A stretch of 64,000 bases of DNA from a virus (taxonomy: Duplodnaviria; Caudoviricetes). Made by a program: the position numbers and the translations under genes. Under the pieces are notes generated by a model. That model did not search any database. It saw nothing but the letters and a program-made list of their open reading frames with translations, and was not told the origin of the DNA. The stretch lies in the IMG/VR virus record IMGVR_UViG_3300009314_000001; one strand, 5' to 3'. Positions 18,564-28,679 of the stretch are shown in pieces. How positions within the stretch are numbered: the stretch's first letter is position 1; each line of letters starts with the position of its first letter.

Positions 18564-21500
18564 TATTTGTCACTCTGTGATTTCGCGGTTGGTGGTTTCG
18601 TTCCGCTACCGTCGTCAACCTTCAGATCCGGACCGATAGAATCGAGTTTATCATCGGTCTTACCGGTCATCTTGTGGGCTGGCATGTCACGCTTATTATC
18701 CTTGACATGCTTGGTATACTTCGAACTCTGAGGGCTGGTAACATCCTTATCCTCGAACTGCTCCTCCTCCGGAGCAGGAGCAGCCGGTTGTGCAGGCTGG
18801 GCGGGAGCGGCAGCCGGTTGTGGAGCAGCATTAGGATCGACCGGGGCAGCCGCAGGCTCAGCACCCATCTCAGCACCAGCCTCACCACCCAATTCACCAG
18901 CACCCTCAAAGTCCGGCATCTCCTCACCAGGCAGGCCCGCTTCCTCGGCTCCCGGTTCCTCAACTTCCATCGAATCTACCGGAGCCATCTCCTCTTCGCC
19001 GCCTTCCAGGCCTTCCTCACCTTCCAAGCCTTCCATGCCTTCCATGCCTTCGTCGCCAACCTCGCCCACACCAACGTCGTCAGTTACCTCCACCTGAATT
19101 TGCCCATCAGGAGTAGTAGTAATCTTGGCCATAGCCTCTTTCAAGGCCCTATCTTCGGCATCTGAAACTGGTCTAAGCTGCTCAATTGATTCCGATAACC
19201 AAGCAGCAAACCGGTCCGGATTACCATCTTTAGTTAACCCTGCAGCAGCAAAAGCATCATGATATAGCTGCTCAGGAACTGGAATTTCTAGAGCACCATC
19301 TTCGCTAAGGATAACCGGTTTCAGTTCCTCGTTGATCCCTCCATGGTCGAAAATAAATCCAACACCATTAATGGAACCGGCAACCGCATCATCTTGAGCC
19401 TCACCCCACTTCAGAGCTGATTCATTCTTAAGCTCTCGAGGCTTATAAGCAGTCTTCTTGAAGCCTCTGCCACGGATTCTCGGACCCTTGAATTGGTCTT
19501 CGACGAAATCATCTTCGTCCTCGTCGTCTCCTCCGTCATCTCCTCCTTCGTCATCATCAGAACCAAACGGAGGAGCAGCACCTGGGAATGGTTTATCGCT
19601 CTCTTCGATATATGACTCGACAACTTGTTCAAGAGCCCTACCGATCTTTCCATTAGGAATTCTTAGGCCAATAGCCTTAATGCCAGCTCTGGCCATACTC
19701 TCGAGACTTTCCTCGAGCTTCTTACCTTCAAGACCGTGCTCTTCAGCAAGCTTATTCATTATAGCGACAATTCGCCTCATATCCTTATCATCAGTAATCA
19801 CGGGCGAACCATACTCACTCAAGGTCATATTTTCGGCAAGTCTGACTCCAGCATTCAAAGCGTAAGGATCGAGGCTCTCGTCGAGATCCTCATCGTCATC
19901 GAAGTCCGGCATATCATCGTCGCCTTCAGGCTTCATTTCAGCGTGGATCGGCCGCGATTCCCTAAGGGCTTTTCTTCGCCTCTTGCCTTCACCGAGTCCA
20001 CCGCCGCCAAGAAGATCGGCCAGCTCACCACCTGCCTCTTCGCCGCCCAGGCCACCAAGTTCTTCCTCTTCGCCACCTAGACCGCCAAGTTCCTCTTCCT
20101 CACCGCCTAGACCGCCAAGCTCTTCCTCAGCACCAAGCTCCTCCCCACCAAGGGCTTCTTCCTCTGCACCACCACTACTTCCACCAACTTGGACTAATGG
20201 TGCATTAATATTGATGACTGGTGCACCACTTTCACCGCCACCAGCATCAACTGCTCCTAATTCACCGAGTTGTTCAGCCAGGCTCTTTTCGGGCTGACCT
20301 GGGATTTGGTCGAAGTTGGCGAGTGTCTCGTTGGCCGCCAATTCCTCTTGAATGGTAGCAATCAAGTCCTCGGCTTCGTAGATGGCCGCATCGTCAAATT
20401 TCGGATCTTTCAATCTGACAATGAGATTGTCCAGCTTACTGGCCAATTCATGGGATTCCTTGATTCGCGGAGTCTTCGTCCGTAGAACTTCCAGGGTAGT
20501 TGCTAAGGCCTCGGCAGCCACCTCACGATTAGAGATAGCTTCGAAGATAAGCTCTAGGAATTTGTTGTAGGCCGCTTCGAAGTTCTTGGATTCACTCAGG
20601 ATTTGGACATTCTCTGCCAGTACTGGGTGTTCGGCCTTTTTCGCGATGTTTCGCCATTCCGCAACTATTTTATTCTTATTCACACGCATGTTCGTGCGAT
20701 GGAATAGTGTAGCGGTGTCATTGCATAATGCCTGATTGAATATGGCGTGTGTCGCCATGGCATTCTCGACCAACGTCTGGGCTTGGGCTCGCGTCAGAAG
20801 GGTAAATTCCTCCATTTCATCTAAGAACGGAGATATGAACTTGACCGCTTCTTCGATATTCCCTTCCGAGATCATACCAGCGATAGCATGGATTCGATTC
20901 TGGAAGCCTTCAGACATATATGCACTAGTCGCGGCTTCTCGCATTCTCTTCGCGACCAATTTTCTAGCAGCCCATTTGGTTACCGGGAGTTTGACAGGAC
21001 TACCATCGTTGAACGTAGCTGACGTCACCTGTCCGTTTTCAACAATAACCTGGTCTTGGAGACCTTCAACAATTGCCGCTATTAGCCGTGGTCGCACCGA
21101 TTCATCCAGAATATTCTGTGTCTGGACTTTGATATGGCGTCGTACGCCGTCTCGGCATTGGACCATGCCAGAAAATGGTACTGAACGACCTGAGAAGCGA
21201 TGCTTCTTCATGGTATTAAACATGGCAGCCATGCCTCGTTGGTCGTTCTCTTCGATGGCGTTGACAAGCTTCATACAAGTATCCTCGAATACTTGCTGCT
21301 TCTCCTTCTCGAAGATATCCACCGGCCGGATGTTAGAGATGGTAACCTTGCTATCACCACTGTACTCGGCCAGGTAATACTGATTGGTATCAACATCCTC
21401 GAAGAAGAGGTCCGCATCACGTAGAGCTACTAGCTGCCAATTCTTGCCAGCCTTCCGCCCCATTTTCTTGATACGGCTCTCGAAGGACGTTACCTTTGCC

Positions 21501-21586
21501 TGAGCAGAAGTGTTCAAGGCTCCCAGAAACTTTCGGCTGTCCATTTTTACCACCGGATCAGCCACAGCAGTCTGATTTTGAGCCAT
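18563..21586 (-). CDS. 1007-aa acidic prohead core/scaffold-like protein
   Basis: Lies between portal and protease; helical N-terminal half, Gly/Glu/Asp low-complexity C-terminal half, many [IL]xE motifs. Confidence 0.7.
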   Translation of the reverse strand: MAQNQTAVADPVVKMDSRKFLGALNTSAQAKVTSFESRIKKMGRKAGKNWQLVALRDADLFFEDVDTNQYYLAEYSGDSKVTISNIRPVDIFEKEKQQVFEDTCMKLVNAIEENDQRGMAAMFNTMKKHRFSGRSVPFSGMVQCRDGVRRHIKVQTQNILDESVRPRLIAAIVEGLQDQVIVENGQVTSATFNDGSPVKLPVTKWAARKLVAKRMREAATSAYMSEGFQNRIHAIAGMISEGNIEEAVKFISPFLDEMEEFTLLTRAQAQTLVENAMATHAIFNQALCNDTATLFHRTNMRVNKNKIVAEWRNIAKKAEHPVLAENVQILSESKNFEAAYNKFLELIFEAISNREVAAEALATTLEVLRTKTPRIKESHELASKLDNLIVRLKDPKFDDAAIYEAEDLIATIQEELAANETLANFDQIPGQPEKSLAEQLGELGAVDAGGGESGAPVININAPLVQVGGSSGGAEEEALGGEELGAEEELGGLGGEEEELGGLGGEEEELGGLGGEEAGGELADLLGGGGLGEGKRRRKALRESRPIHAEMKPEGDDDMPDFDDDEDLDESLDPYALNAGVRLAENMTLSEYGSPVITDDKDMRRIVAIMNKLAEEHGLEGKKLEESLESMARAGIKAIGLRIPNGKIGRALEQVVESYIEESDKPFPGAAPPFGSDDDEGGDDGGDDEDEDDFVEDQFKGPRIRGRGFKKTAYKPRELKNESALKWGEAQDDAVAGSINGVGFIFDHGGINEELKPVILSEDGALEIPVPEQLYHDAFAAAGLTKDGNPDRFAAWLSESIEQLRPVSDAEDRALKEAMAKITTTPDGQIQVEVTDDVGVGEVGDEGMEGMEGLEGEEGLEGGEEEMAPVDSMEVEEPGAEEAGLPGEEMPDFEGAGELGGEAGAEMGAEPAAAPVDPNAAPQPAAAPAQPAQPAAPAPEEEQFEDKDVTSPQSSKYTKHVKDNKRDMPAHKMTGKTDDKLDSIGPDLKVDDGSGTKPPTAKSQSDK
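20035..20125 (-). repeat. 30-bp coding tandem repeat (ELGGLGGEEE x3)
   Basis: Three near-identical 10-aa units in the 1007-aa protein. Confidence 0.9.
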
Positions 21587-21645
21587 CGAAGATACTCCTA
21601 AGCACGTTATGGGTTATTGTGATATCTAGCTACTAGTAATTTTGA

Positions 21646-22203
21646 TTAAACCATTTTATCCCAATAATCACCGACAGCTTTAGCGAATTCTTTTCTGGTC
21701 TCAAATTGCTCTCTAGCGGCATTAATATTAAACCATAAATCTTCAGCTCTATATTCTGCTTGTGATCTATTAGTAATATGCATACCAGGCCTCTGTAGAA
21801 TCATCATAGCATCATGTACTGAAGACGGAGGCGATTCACCATAATGTGTTTGCATATGGAACTCTAGTGTCTCTGGATCTACATGTTCTTCTTCGTCCTT
21901 TGTTTCCACTTCTGTACTATCTGGCCAAAATGCCTCTTCATACCCATCGTTGTAGCTGATAATATACCATACTTTATCTCCAGCCCCTACAATAGGTCTT
22001 TTTATTTCCGATCTAGGCATCTCCCTGACAGCTGCGACATCCTCATAAGATCTAGATGCCAATATTTTATGTTGAACTATAGTAGGTAATTCCAAAAAAG
22101 TAATAGATTGCCCTCCAGGACCGCGCAATTCAGCATCCTGCATAGCTTTAGAAAATCTTTCATCTGGGTCAAGGTCACGACTATATATTTCGTTTATTCT
22201 CAT
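21646..22203 (-). CDS. hypothetical protein in the head operon
   Basis: ATGA overlap with the portal stop; begins MRINEI. Confidence 0.75.
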   Translation of the reverse strand: MRINEIYSRDLDPDERFSKAMQDAELRGPGGQSITFLELPTIVQHKILASRSYEDVAAVREMPRSEIKRPIVGAGDKVWYIISYNDGYEEAFWPDSTEVETKDEEEHVDPETLEFHMQTHYGESPPSSVHDAMMILQRPGMHITNRSQAEYRAEDLWFNINAAREQFETRKEFAKAVGDYWDKMV

Positions 22204-24134
22204 AATTCACTGACCTCTACAAGGTCTTCTTCAGTAATCTCTTCATTCTCATCCGTAATAGTTGGATTAGTCTGCATTAGTATCTGCCTAACCTCATTTA
22301 TCACTTCCTCCCTCACATCAGAATCGACTGACCATTCGATCAGCAATTCCTCATCATTATTTGGATCATGAATTGTAGCGGGATCACCATTGCTCTCTGA
22401 AATATCAGGAGGACCAGTGGCACTAAGTCCATCTAGTTCATTAGAATTAAGCATATAATCATATCCGCTCAATTCCTCCCTATCCTCCCTCACTAATGGC
22501 TTACCAAGTCTCTGAGCCCACCTTTCAACAATAGTCCTGACTTCCCGCTCGCGGCCCTGCTTCTTCATCTCAAGCAATAAATTTCTTTCTGCCTTATAAT
22601 CATATCCATCAATCATCTCGATGGGATTCTCCTCCTCTTCCTCTCCCCCTTCTTCACCTCCCATCTCTTCACCGCCCAAATCAAGACCTTCTTCTTCGCC
22701 ACCTTCCTCCATTCCCAGATCAGGACCTGGCATCCCACCTCCAGGGCCACCTTCATTAGCCTCCGTTTCCATATCCTTCAATTCTTCTATCTCATCAGGT
22801 GACAAATCAGTGAAATGAGTAACTATCCACTCCTTCGGGAACCACCCCAAATCCTTAAGATCGGCCATCACACCAACCCTAGTCTGCCACGTCTCAATCC
22901 GATATAATTCCTCCATAGCAGATGTGGCAGTAAGAGCAATCTCAAATCCTCGCAAGTCCTCGACAGAGTAACCACGCAATGCCAAATGGACTAAGCCAAT
23001 CTTTGTAAGTCCCGTAGAAACCTCTCGTTGTACCCATTGAACCGCTTTGGCAAATTCAGAATGTGACTGAGATAATGATTTCTCACTAGCTTCCCCAGCA
23101 CCCTCACCAATTCCTACTCTGGCATAAGGAATCTTGGTGGGAGCTATCATCTTTTTCTTGAAGTACTCGATATCAGCAATTTGGTCGAGGTTTTCCGCAC
23201 CTGGTAAGGTCTCGATATCTGGACCACTACCATCAGCTCGTCTCGGTAGCAAGAAGTCATCTTCTTGGATTAGCGGAGAATATCTCTCATCGAACGTCCC
23301 AGTAGTAGGATTATAGAAGCGCTGCCTCTTATAATTCCTAGCAATCATCTGCATATATTCTGGAACTTCTTTTGGCGGGATCAAACCGACTGGGATAATA
23401 AACTTACGTTTTTCAGGTGCTCTAGTGATTCTGTAGATGAGTGCTGCATCTTCCATCAACCGCAATTGTTTGAAGGCTTTACGTCCACCATCAAGGATAG
23501 ATCTACCATATGGGTGATAAATATTCTCAAAACTGGTCAAACGGAGATGCATAACTTGCCATGGATGCATAAATTGTGGTTGTGGGTATAATGCATCCTG
23601 GAAGAAGAATCCCACAAGATCACCAAATCGTGTTTCAATTCTGGTGAAGTTGTAGACGTTCATGAACCGCAAAGACGATATACCATCTCTTTCCGTAGTA
23701 GGAACAATTTCAAATGGCAGATCACCATATTTGCATAGATAACGTATAGATGGGCGGCAATACGTATCCCAAAGCAATGTATCAAAGAATAAGTATTCTA
23801 ATTCTTTTTTCAACCGCTTGTTGCGAGCCCTAATGATTATTGTGTGTTTTCTCTCAGGGTCTACAAGACTCCCCTCATCAGCATAGAGGTCTAGGGCGAG
23901 ACTTATCTCACCCATCTGATCCATTTGTTCGTAATCTTTATATCTCTCCAGTCTATTAATCTGCAAATTCGTCTGGTCTAGAATCGCTGATTGCGCATTA
24001 AAGTCCAGGAATTCCCCGCCAACTACGAGTCGATCAAGACTAGATTGGTCTTGTAAGACTCTTTCCGCTTGGAATATGCTGTGTTGGCGTGCTAGTGCAC
24101 GAACTCTATCGAAGACTAACCAATTAGTAGGCAT
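22200..24134 (-). CDS. portal protein, T4 gp20-like
   Basis: ERYKDYEQMD, ALDLYADE, YLCKYGD, MEDAALIYRITRAPEKRKF, GPDIETLPGAENL, DIEYFKKK; acidic tail. Start placed at ATG 24134. Confidence 0.96.
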   Translation of the reverse strand: MPTNWLVFDRVRALARQHSIFQAERVLQDQSSLDRLVVGGEFLDFNAQSAILDQTNLQINRLERYKDYEQMDQMGEISLALDLYADEGSLVDPERKHTIIIRARNKRLKKELEYLFFDTLLWDTYCRPSIRYLCKYGDLPFEIVPTTERDGISSLRFMNVYNFTRIETRFGDLVGFFFQDALYPQPQFMHPWQVMHLRLTSFENIYHPYGRSILDGGRKAFKQLRLMEDAALIYRITRAPEKRKFIIPVGLIPPKEVPEYMQMIARNYKRQRFYNPTTGTFDERYSPLIQEDDFLLPRRADGSGPDIETLPGAENLDQIADIEYFKKKMIAPTKIPYARVGIGEGAGEASEKSLSQSHSEFAKAVQWVQREVSTGLTKIGLVHLALRGYSVEDLRGFEIALTATSAMEELYRIETWQTRVGVMADLKDLGWFPKEWIVTHFTDLSPDEIEELKDMETEANEGGPGGGMPGPDLGMEEGGEEEGLDLGGEEMGGEEGGEEEEENPIEMIDGYDYKAERNLLLEMKKQGREREVRTIVERWAQRLGKPLVREDREELSGYDYMLNSNELDGLSATGPPDISESNGDPATIHDPNNDEELLIEWSVDSDVREEVINEVRQILMQTNPTITDENEEITEEDLVEVSEL

Positions 24135-24173
24135 AGGTAGAGACCTCACAATATATACAGCAAGAGTGCTATT

Positions 24174-24183
24174 TTAATATTTG
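24174..24183 (-). promoter_or_regulatory. putative late promoter CAAATATTAA
   Basis: Upstream of the portal gene; variant of the CAAATAT motif. Confidence 0.35.
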
Positions 24184-24328
24184 AAGAGTCACTACTAATA
24201 GCTTACGAATTCTAAGTGTTAAGAAGCAAATATCCGAAAGTAAATATAACCAAATGCTAGGAAATGGAAAGGCCCTAATTTCCCACACAAGATAGTTATA
24301 GGTGTATTCCGGAAAATTCTAGCGTATT

Positions 24329-24706
24329 ATGGATGCAGCGATTTGTTTCCTTCCTTTAGCTTGGAGAGACGTCATGAGTGTTGCGGTTCCTTCAGATGGG
24401 TCGGTTCAGAAAATGTTCGAAGCTTTCTTGACTGATTTCGACACCTTGTCGGACGCCAAAATCAAGAAAGCAATAACTTGGTTCTCAGAAGCCAAAGAGA
24501 ATGGTAGAGAACGTTTAGACGACGTTAATCTTCCATTACTCGTTAAGGTCGGAGCCAAGTTCTACGAAAGGTACGGTGACAAGGCTAAAGACACACCACC
24601 TGCAGTAATCAAGAAGTACATGTATATTAAATTACTGCAAGGTAAGACCTCTTGGGAGAAGAAATGCCAATCTCCTCCTAGCACAGATCCGAAGCCTTGG
24701 GACTAA
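24329..24706 (+). CDS. hypothetical protein
   Basis: 125-aa ORF followed by two hairpins. Confidence 0.7.
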   Translation: MDAAICFLPLAWRDVMSVAVPSDGSVQKMFEAFLTDFDTLSDAKIKKAITWFSEAKENGRERLDDVNLPLLVKVGAKFYERYGDKAKDTPPAVIKKYMYIKLLQGKTSWEKKCQSPPSTDPKPWD

Positions 24707-24724
24707 CCAACCTCTGGATCAAGG

Positions 24725-24778
24725 CCCCTGACCCCGACCAGGGGTTCATTGGGCGGCCCAGACCTATCTGGGCCGCCC
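24725..24778 (+). terminator. tandem hairpins (6-bp and perfect 12-bp stems)
   Basis: CCCCTG/CAGGGG at 24725-24744; GGGCGGCCCAGA-CCTA-TCTGGGCCGCCC at 24751-24778; only a weak T tail. Confidence 0.55.
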
Positions 24779-24796
24779 TTACTGTATTGGACCAAC

Positions 24797-25522
24797 ATGG
24801 ATATCAACAAACTAATAACAGACAGAATAAACGGATTTCCAATTCAAATAGATTTTAGTTGTAGCCCCGCACTTACAACAATTGCTAAAAGAGCACATGA
24901 AGAAATAAGTAAACGAGCAAAAGTCGATAGAACAGATCTGAGATGGAGAAAGTACAGCAAAAAATACAGTCTTGAAGGGATTTCTGCTGAGATCGGGCTT
25001 ATATTATTAACTGCTACCGATTATCATAGGATGTTACGATATTGGTGGGCAGGCACCAAATCAGGTCGGAATTGCGGAAAGGATATACTAGCATACTATT
25101 ATGCAATAAATGGATTTCCAGGTCCCGACAAGGATATAGAAGTAAAATCAACAGCACATGCATTTAACAAAAGGACTGGTATTGTATATGTACGAGCACC
25201 ATATGGTACATTAGATTATGGTGATCCGTGTCCACCATGGGAATTCTGGGAAGAACACTTACCAGATTCATATTATTGTTCCCTAGAGCAACTAAAAGCA
25301 AGTAATCCATACGCTTTCAAATTTCATGGTTGGGCAACAAAAGAAATGTTCCGTAATAATTATTATGGAACGCATCCATATAATAACACTGCCCTAAGAA
25401 ATACACTCGATCCTTTCATACCAATGTATAATTCACGGCAAGGTTTACCAATAACAGGATTACATCATTCTCAACTAAATAGTCCTGAATCCTTCTTCGC
25501 TATGATTAGATCTCAAACATAA
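24797..25522 (+). CDS. hypothetical protein, possible PD-(D/E)xK nuclease
   Basis: EGISAEIG...GKDI...DIEVKST pattern. Start moved to ATG 24797. Confidence 0.5.
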   Translation: MDINKLITDRINGFPIQIDFSCSPALTTIAKRAHEEISKRAKVDRTDLRWRKYSKKYSLEGISAEIGLILLTATDYHRMLRYWWAGTKSGRNCGKDILAYYYAINGFPGPDKDIEVKSTAHAFNKRTGIVYVRAPYGTLDYGDPCPPWEFWEEHLPDSYYCSLEQLKASNPYAFKFHGWATKEMFRNNYYGTHPYNNTALRNTLDPFIPMYNSRQGLPITGLHHSQLNSPESFFAMIRSQT

Positions 25523-25525
25523 TAT

Positions 25526-25846
25526 ATGAAAGTCACAGAAAGAATAGATCGCGTCCTAAAAGAACGAGAAGATCATGGATTACGAAATCTCGGCACTGGC
25601 TTCCGTGGAGGCGTAGCTACTACCACAGATAAGTATGAGAAAGCACTAGCTCAACAAGCTGGCAAAGATGAGAGCGTCAAAAAGCTCGTCAAGGAAGTTC
25701 AATCATCGCTAGAAAGATGTTCTGAATTAGCCGCAAAAGACCCTGAAATTCTAAAGGCATTCCTAAAACTAGTGAAGGCTACAGTCAACTCTGATGTGCT
25801 AAAAATTGCCGCTCATTACGTAGAAAATACAAAAAAGGAAGATTAA
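25526..25846 (+). CDS. hypothetical helical protein
   Basis: 106 aa; N-terminal IDRVLKE motif. Confidence 0.7.
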   Translation: MKVTERIDRVLKEREDHGLRNLGTGFRGGVATTTDKYEKALAQQAGKDESVKKLVKEVQSSLERCSELAAKDPEILKAFLKLVKATVNSDVLKIAAHYVENTKKED

Positions 25847-26283
25847 TCTTTTAACTTCTCATATATCTCAGCAAATTCCTCAACGCTTGCTATACCTTTC
25901 TTCGATCCGATCTTGTATACCACTTGACCATCTTGGTAGATCCACTTAGCATTAGGAGATTTATATATTTTTGGGAATGGTAAATCAGGTTCCTCAGCTT
26001 CCTCATCATACTTACTGGTCATATTTTCTAAATAAAATTTCCAAAACTTTAAAGCAGCTTCTTTATCAACTAAATCAGCAAAATATCGATCATATATTTT
26101 AGCAAATTGTGCGGGATTTGCTGCCCCTGATTTAGATTTATCATCTACACGAACAACAAACGTAATCTCACCATCAACTCCTAAAAACCACTTCCCCCTC
26201 TCAGTAACACCCATTGGTGGGAAAGGAAGCTTTTTAAGATCCGTCATAGGACGGAGATCTTCGTTTATACAATGCAATTTCAT
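25843..26283 (-). CDS. hypothetical protein
   Basis: 146 aa directly after the terminase gene; begins MKLHCINED. Confidence 0.7.
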   Translation of the reverse strand: MKLHCINEDLRPMTDLKKLPFPPMGVTERGKWFLGVDGEITFVVRVDDKSKSGAANPAQFAKIYDRYFADLVDKEAALKFWKFYLENMTSKYDEEAEEPDLPFPKIYKSPNAKWIYQDGQVVYKIGSKKGIASVEEFAEIYEKLKD

Positions 26284-26286
26284 ACA

Positions 26287-28275
26287 TTATTTTTGTTTAT
26301 CTTCGCTTCTAGTATAGTAAAACTTCTTAGGAGATATAACAGGACCTCCTTGCCCAATCGGAATAGCCCCCAATTGCAAAGTAAAATCATCTAATTGGGC
26401 TTGAGCAGACATCTCAGGAAGCTCATCAGGAGACAAAGTCATCGGCATAAGAAGCATAGCCCCACCCTTATCAAGAAAACGCTGTTGAGCCGCCAAAACC
26501 TCATCATCAGACATTATATTAGGACCAACAGGCTGCTTAAAATCATTCTTACCACCATACGGGATAAGTCCTGCCTCATCACTCAACAAAGCATCATTAG
26601 TCCCAAGCAGTCCTAAACCAGTAGCAATCACAAGGTCATCGTAGTTCCCAGCACCTTCCTCAGCCTCAGTCTTATTGGTATCTCTACCAGCTTTATCGCG
26701 CTTCCTAACATAAGTCTGTATCTGCTTCAGCAACCTCTTACTGTATATGGTGTATCCTTCTTCCTCCTTATCCCTAATAAAGTCTATTAGGAATTTATTG
26801 AGCGTTGGTTTACTCGCTGGAGATGTAGCAAAACCATACGGTGATACCTTTAGAGCTCTCTGATTAGAGCTCGACCCTGGAGCTCTAGGATTATCGTTAA
26901 TATCCTTCTTTCGCCAGATTCTAGGATACATTACATCATATCGCATAGAATCGACTACTGTATCCCCGCCATTATTTCGCTCAATAACTGCCAGAGCACA
27001 ATTGTACCATCTACCTATACGATCAATATATTTTATGAGTTCTCGAGGCAAACATCGAGCCATGAATTCAGCAACTTGCTCCATCGTATCAACATCAAAG
27101 ACCTCAATAGCACTATAATCACGTCCTTTACCCGTTGCTATATCAATCCCCATCACATAAGCATGTGCTCGTGTTCCTTGATCTATTATTACACCAGCTC
27201 TCTTCTTATCTGGTGTGGCAGACACCGGTTGCTTCCATACCCACAAACCTTCCTCCGGCTCCATAAAGTCGAAATCCATTTCTTCGGCTTCGCCAGATAC
27301 AGGATGGACATAAGTCTGATACCCACGTACCTTCTGAGCAGGATCTCGAACCGTCGTCTGCACATGTGCAATAACACTCTCAGAGAGAACTGTGTTACCA
27401 GACCCGATAAAGCTAGCTAGAATTTCCTGCTTGAACTTCCAGGCCTCACCTTGTTCTTGAAGCGCTTTCCATTGTTCCTCTAACCATGGTGACCAATATG
27501 GGCCGTACTTGGCAAGGTCTTCTTTACTTGTGCACCTTCTGATCCCATCACGCGGTGCAATCCTCTTGCGTTGCTTTGATAGCGGATCGGTGAATTCAAT
27601 AACCCAATCCATGTCCCACCAGTTAATGATAAGTGGGTTGAATTGGTTCAATCCTGCCTCGGCATCGGTACAGGTCGACCAATACCAATTACCAACACCA
27701 TTCGTGGTGGAAATGACTATAACATTACCACCATGTTGCAACGTAGGCCAACCACCAGCCCACATCACATCCATACCCTGAATAAATGCGGATTCATCGA
27801 TAATATTCAATGATGATGCATGGGATCGTAGGACATCAGGGTGAGATGTTAAGGACTGGATCCGAGATCCATTGGGAAATACTATCTCATGCTCATTCTG
27901 TTTGACAGGTTCCCAAATTTCTCGCATCCATAATGGTAAATGCTCAAAAAGGAATACCACGTGATCCCGTAGAAAAGACATAGCATCTTCATTTCTACGG
28001 GAGACGATTAGGATTGTTTTGTGGCTATGCATCATCGCGAACCATGTCGCGAATGCACCAGCAATTTTTGATACGCCTGACTGACGGCATTTTCGGAAGA
28101 TATTAAGCCTATTAAGACGGAAGGCTTTGATAGCATCCTTTTGATAGCTAAAAGGATTGAACGGCAGAACGCCAGCAGAAGGGTGCTTCAATTTACCGAA
28201 ATTGCGTAGGAACCAAGTTACAGACGACTGGCACCTCTTAATAACTTGTGCTTGTTGTGCTGTTACTTTCGGCAT
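26287..28275 (-). CDS. terminase large subunit, T4 gp17-like
   Basis: KHPSAGVLPFNPFSYQ, KCRQSGVS (Walker A), IIDESAF (Walker B), ISTTNG, MGIDIATGKGRDYS, YDDLVIA. Confidence 0.97.
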   Translation of the reverse strand: MPKVTAQQAQVIKRCQSSVTWFLRNFGKLKHPSAGVLPFNPFSYQKDAIKAFRLNRLNIFRKCRQSGVSKIAGAFATWFAMMHSHKTILIVSRRNEDAMSFLRDHVVFLFEHLPLWMREIWEPVKQNEHEIVFPNGSRIQSLTSHPDVLRSHASSLNIIDESAFIQGMDVMWAGGWPTLQHGGNVIVISTTNGVGNWYWSTCTDAEAGLNQFNPLIINWWDMDWVIEFTDPLSKQRKRIAPRDGIRRCTSKEDLAKYGPYWSPWLEEQWKALQEQGEAWKFKQEILASFIGSGNTVLSESVIAHVQTTVRDPAQKVRGYQTYVHPVSGEAEEMDFDFMEPEEGLWVWKQPVSATPDKKRAGVIIDQGTRAHAYVMGIDIATGKGRDYSAIEVFDVDTMEQVAEFMARCLPRELIKYIDRIGRWYNCALAVIERNNGGDTVVDSMRYDVMYPRIWRKKDINDNPRAPGSSSNQRALKVSPYGFATSPASKPTLNKFLIDFIRDKEEEGYTIYSKRLLKQIQTYVRKRDKAGRDTNKTEAEEGAGNYDDLVIATGLGLLGTNDALLSDEAGLIPYGGKNDFKQPVGPNIMSDDEVLAAQQRFLDKGGAMLLMPMTLSPDELPEMSAQAQLDDFTLQLGAIPIGQGGPVISPKKFYYTRSEDKQK

Positions 28276-28679
28276 TACATGTCTTTACTGCAAATTAACT
28301 TATTATGTTGTTTGTCGACTATATCAAATCCCATCTTTCCATGTGCTCTTACAGATGCTTTATTATTCATATTAATAAATGCCCATAACTTATCAAACCC
28401 ATGTTTTCTAGCTAATAGCTGATAAAATTCATCCATCAACCCTTTACCTCTAAATTCCGGATCTATTGCTACTTCCGTGAATGGCTTCCCATCATGTACA
28501 AAAAATCCAACAACTCCAAGTGGTATACCGTCTTTAACAACAGTATACATATTAGCACCCTCTCTATCTAATATCATTATATCGGCATGATCTCCAGCAA
28601 TATCCTTATAACCTATACGGAGCTTACGGTGTATAGCTTCCGCTAGGACTCGATCAAGTGTAGATTCAAACCAATTCAT
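28275..28679 (-). CDS. GNAT acetyltransferase
   Basis: VAIDPEFRGKGL, NMNNKASVRAHGKMGF. Confidence 0.85.
   Translation of the reverse strand: MNWFESTLDRVLAEAIHRKLRIGYKDIAGDHADIMILDREGANMYTVVKDGIPLGVVGFFVHDGKPFTEVAIDPEFRGKGLMDEFYQLLARKHGFDKLWAFINMNNKASVRAHGKMGFDIVDKQHNKLICSKDM

Noticed and set aside
15365-21424. Many long + strand ORFs opposite the capsid, scaffold and core genes
   Set aside because: These are antisense shadows of GC-rich, codon-biased genes, with low-complexity translations and no RBS.
15398-21586. High-GC block as a horizontally acquired island
   Set aside because: It coincides with highly expressed head genes in conserved T4-like order; codon optimisation explains it more simply.
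24749-24796. ORF-track N-terminal extension MGGPDLSGPPLLYWTN
   Set aside because: It is a translation of the perfect GC hairpin; ATG 24797 is the more plausible start.
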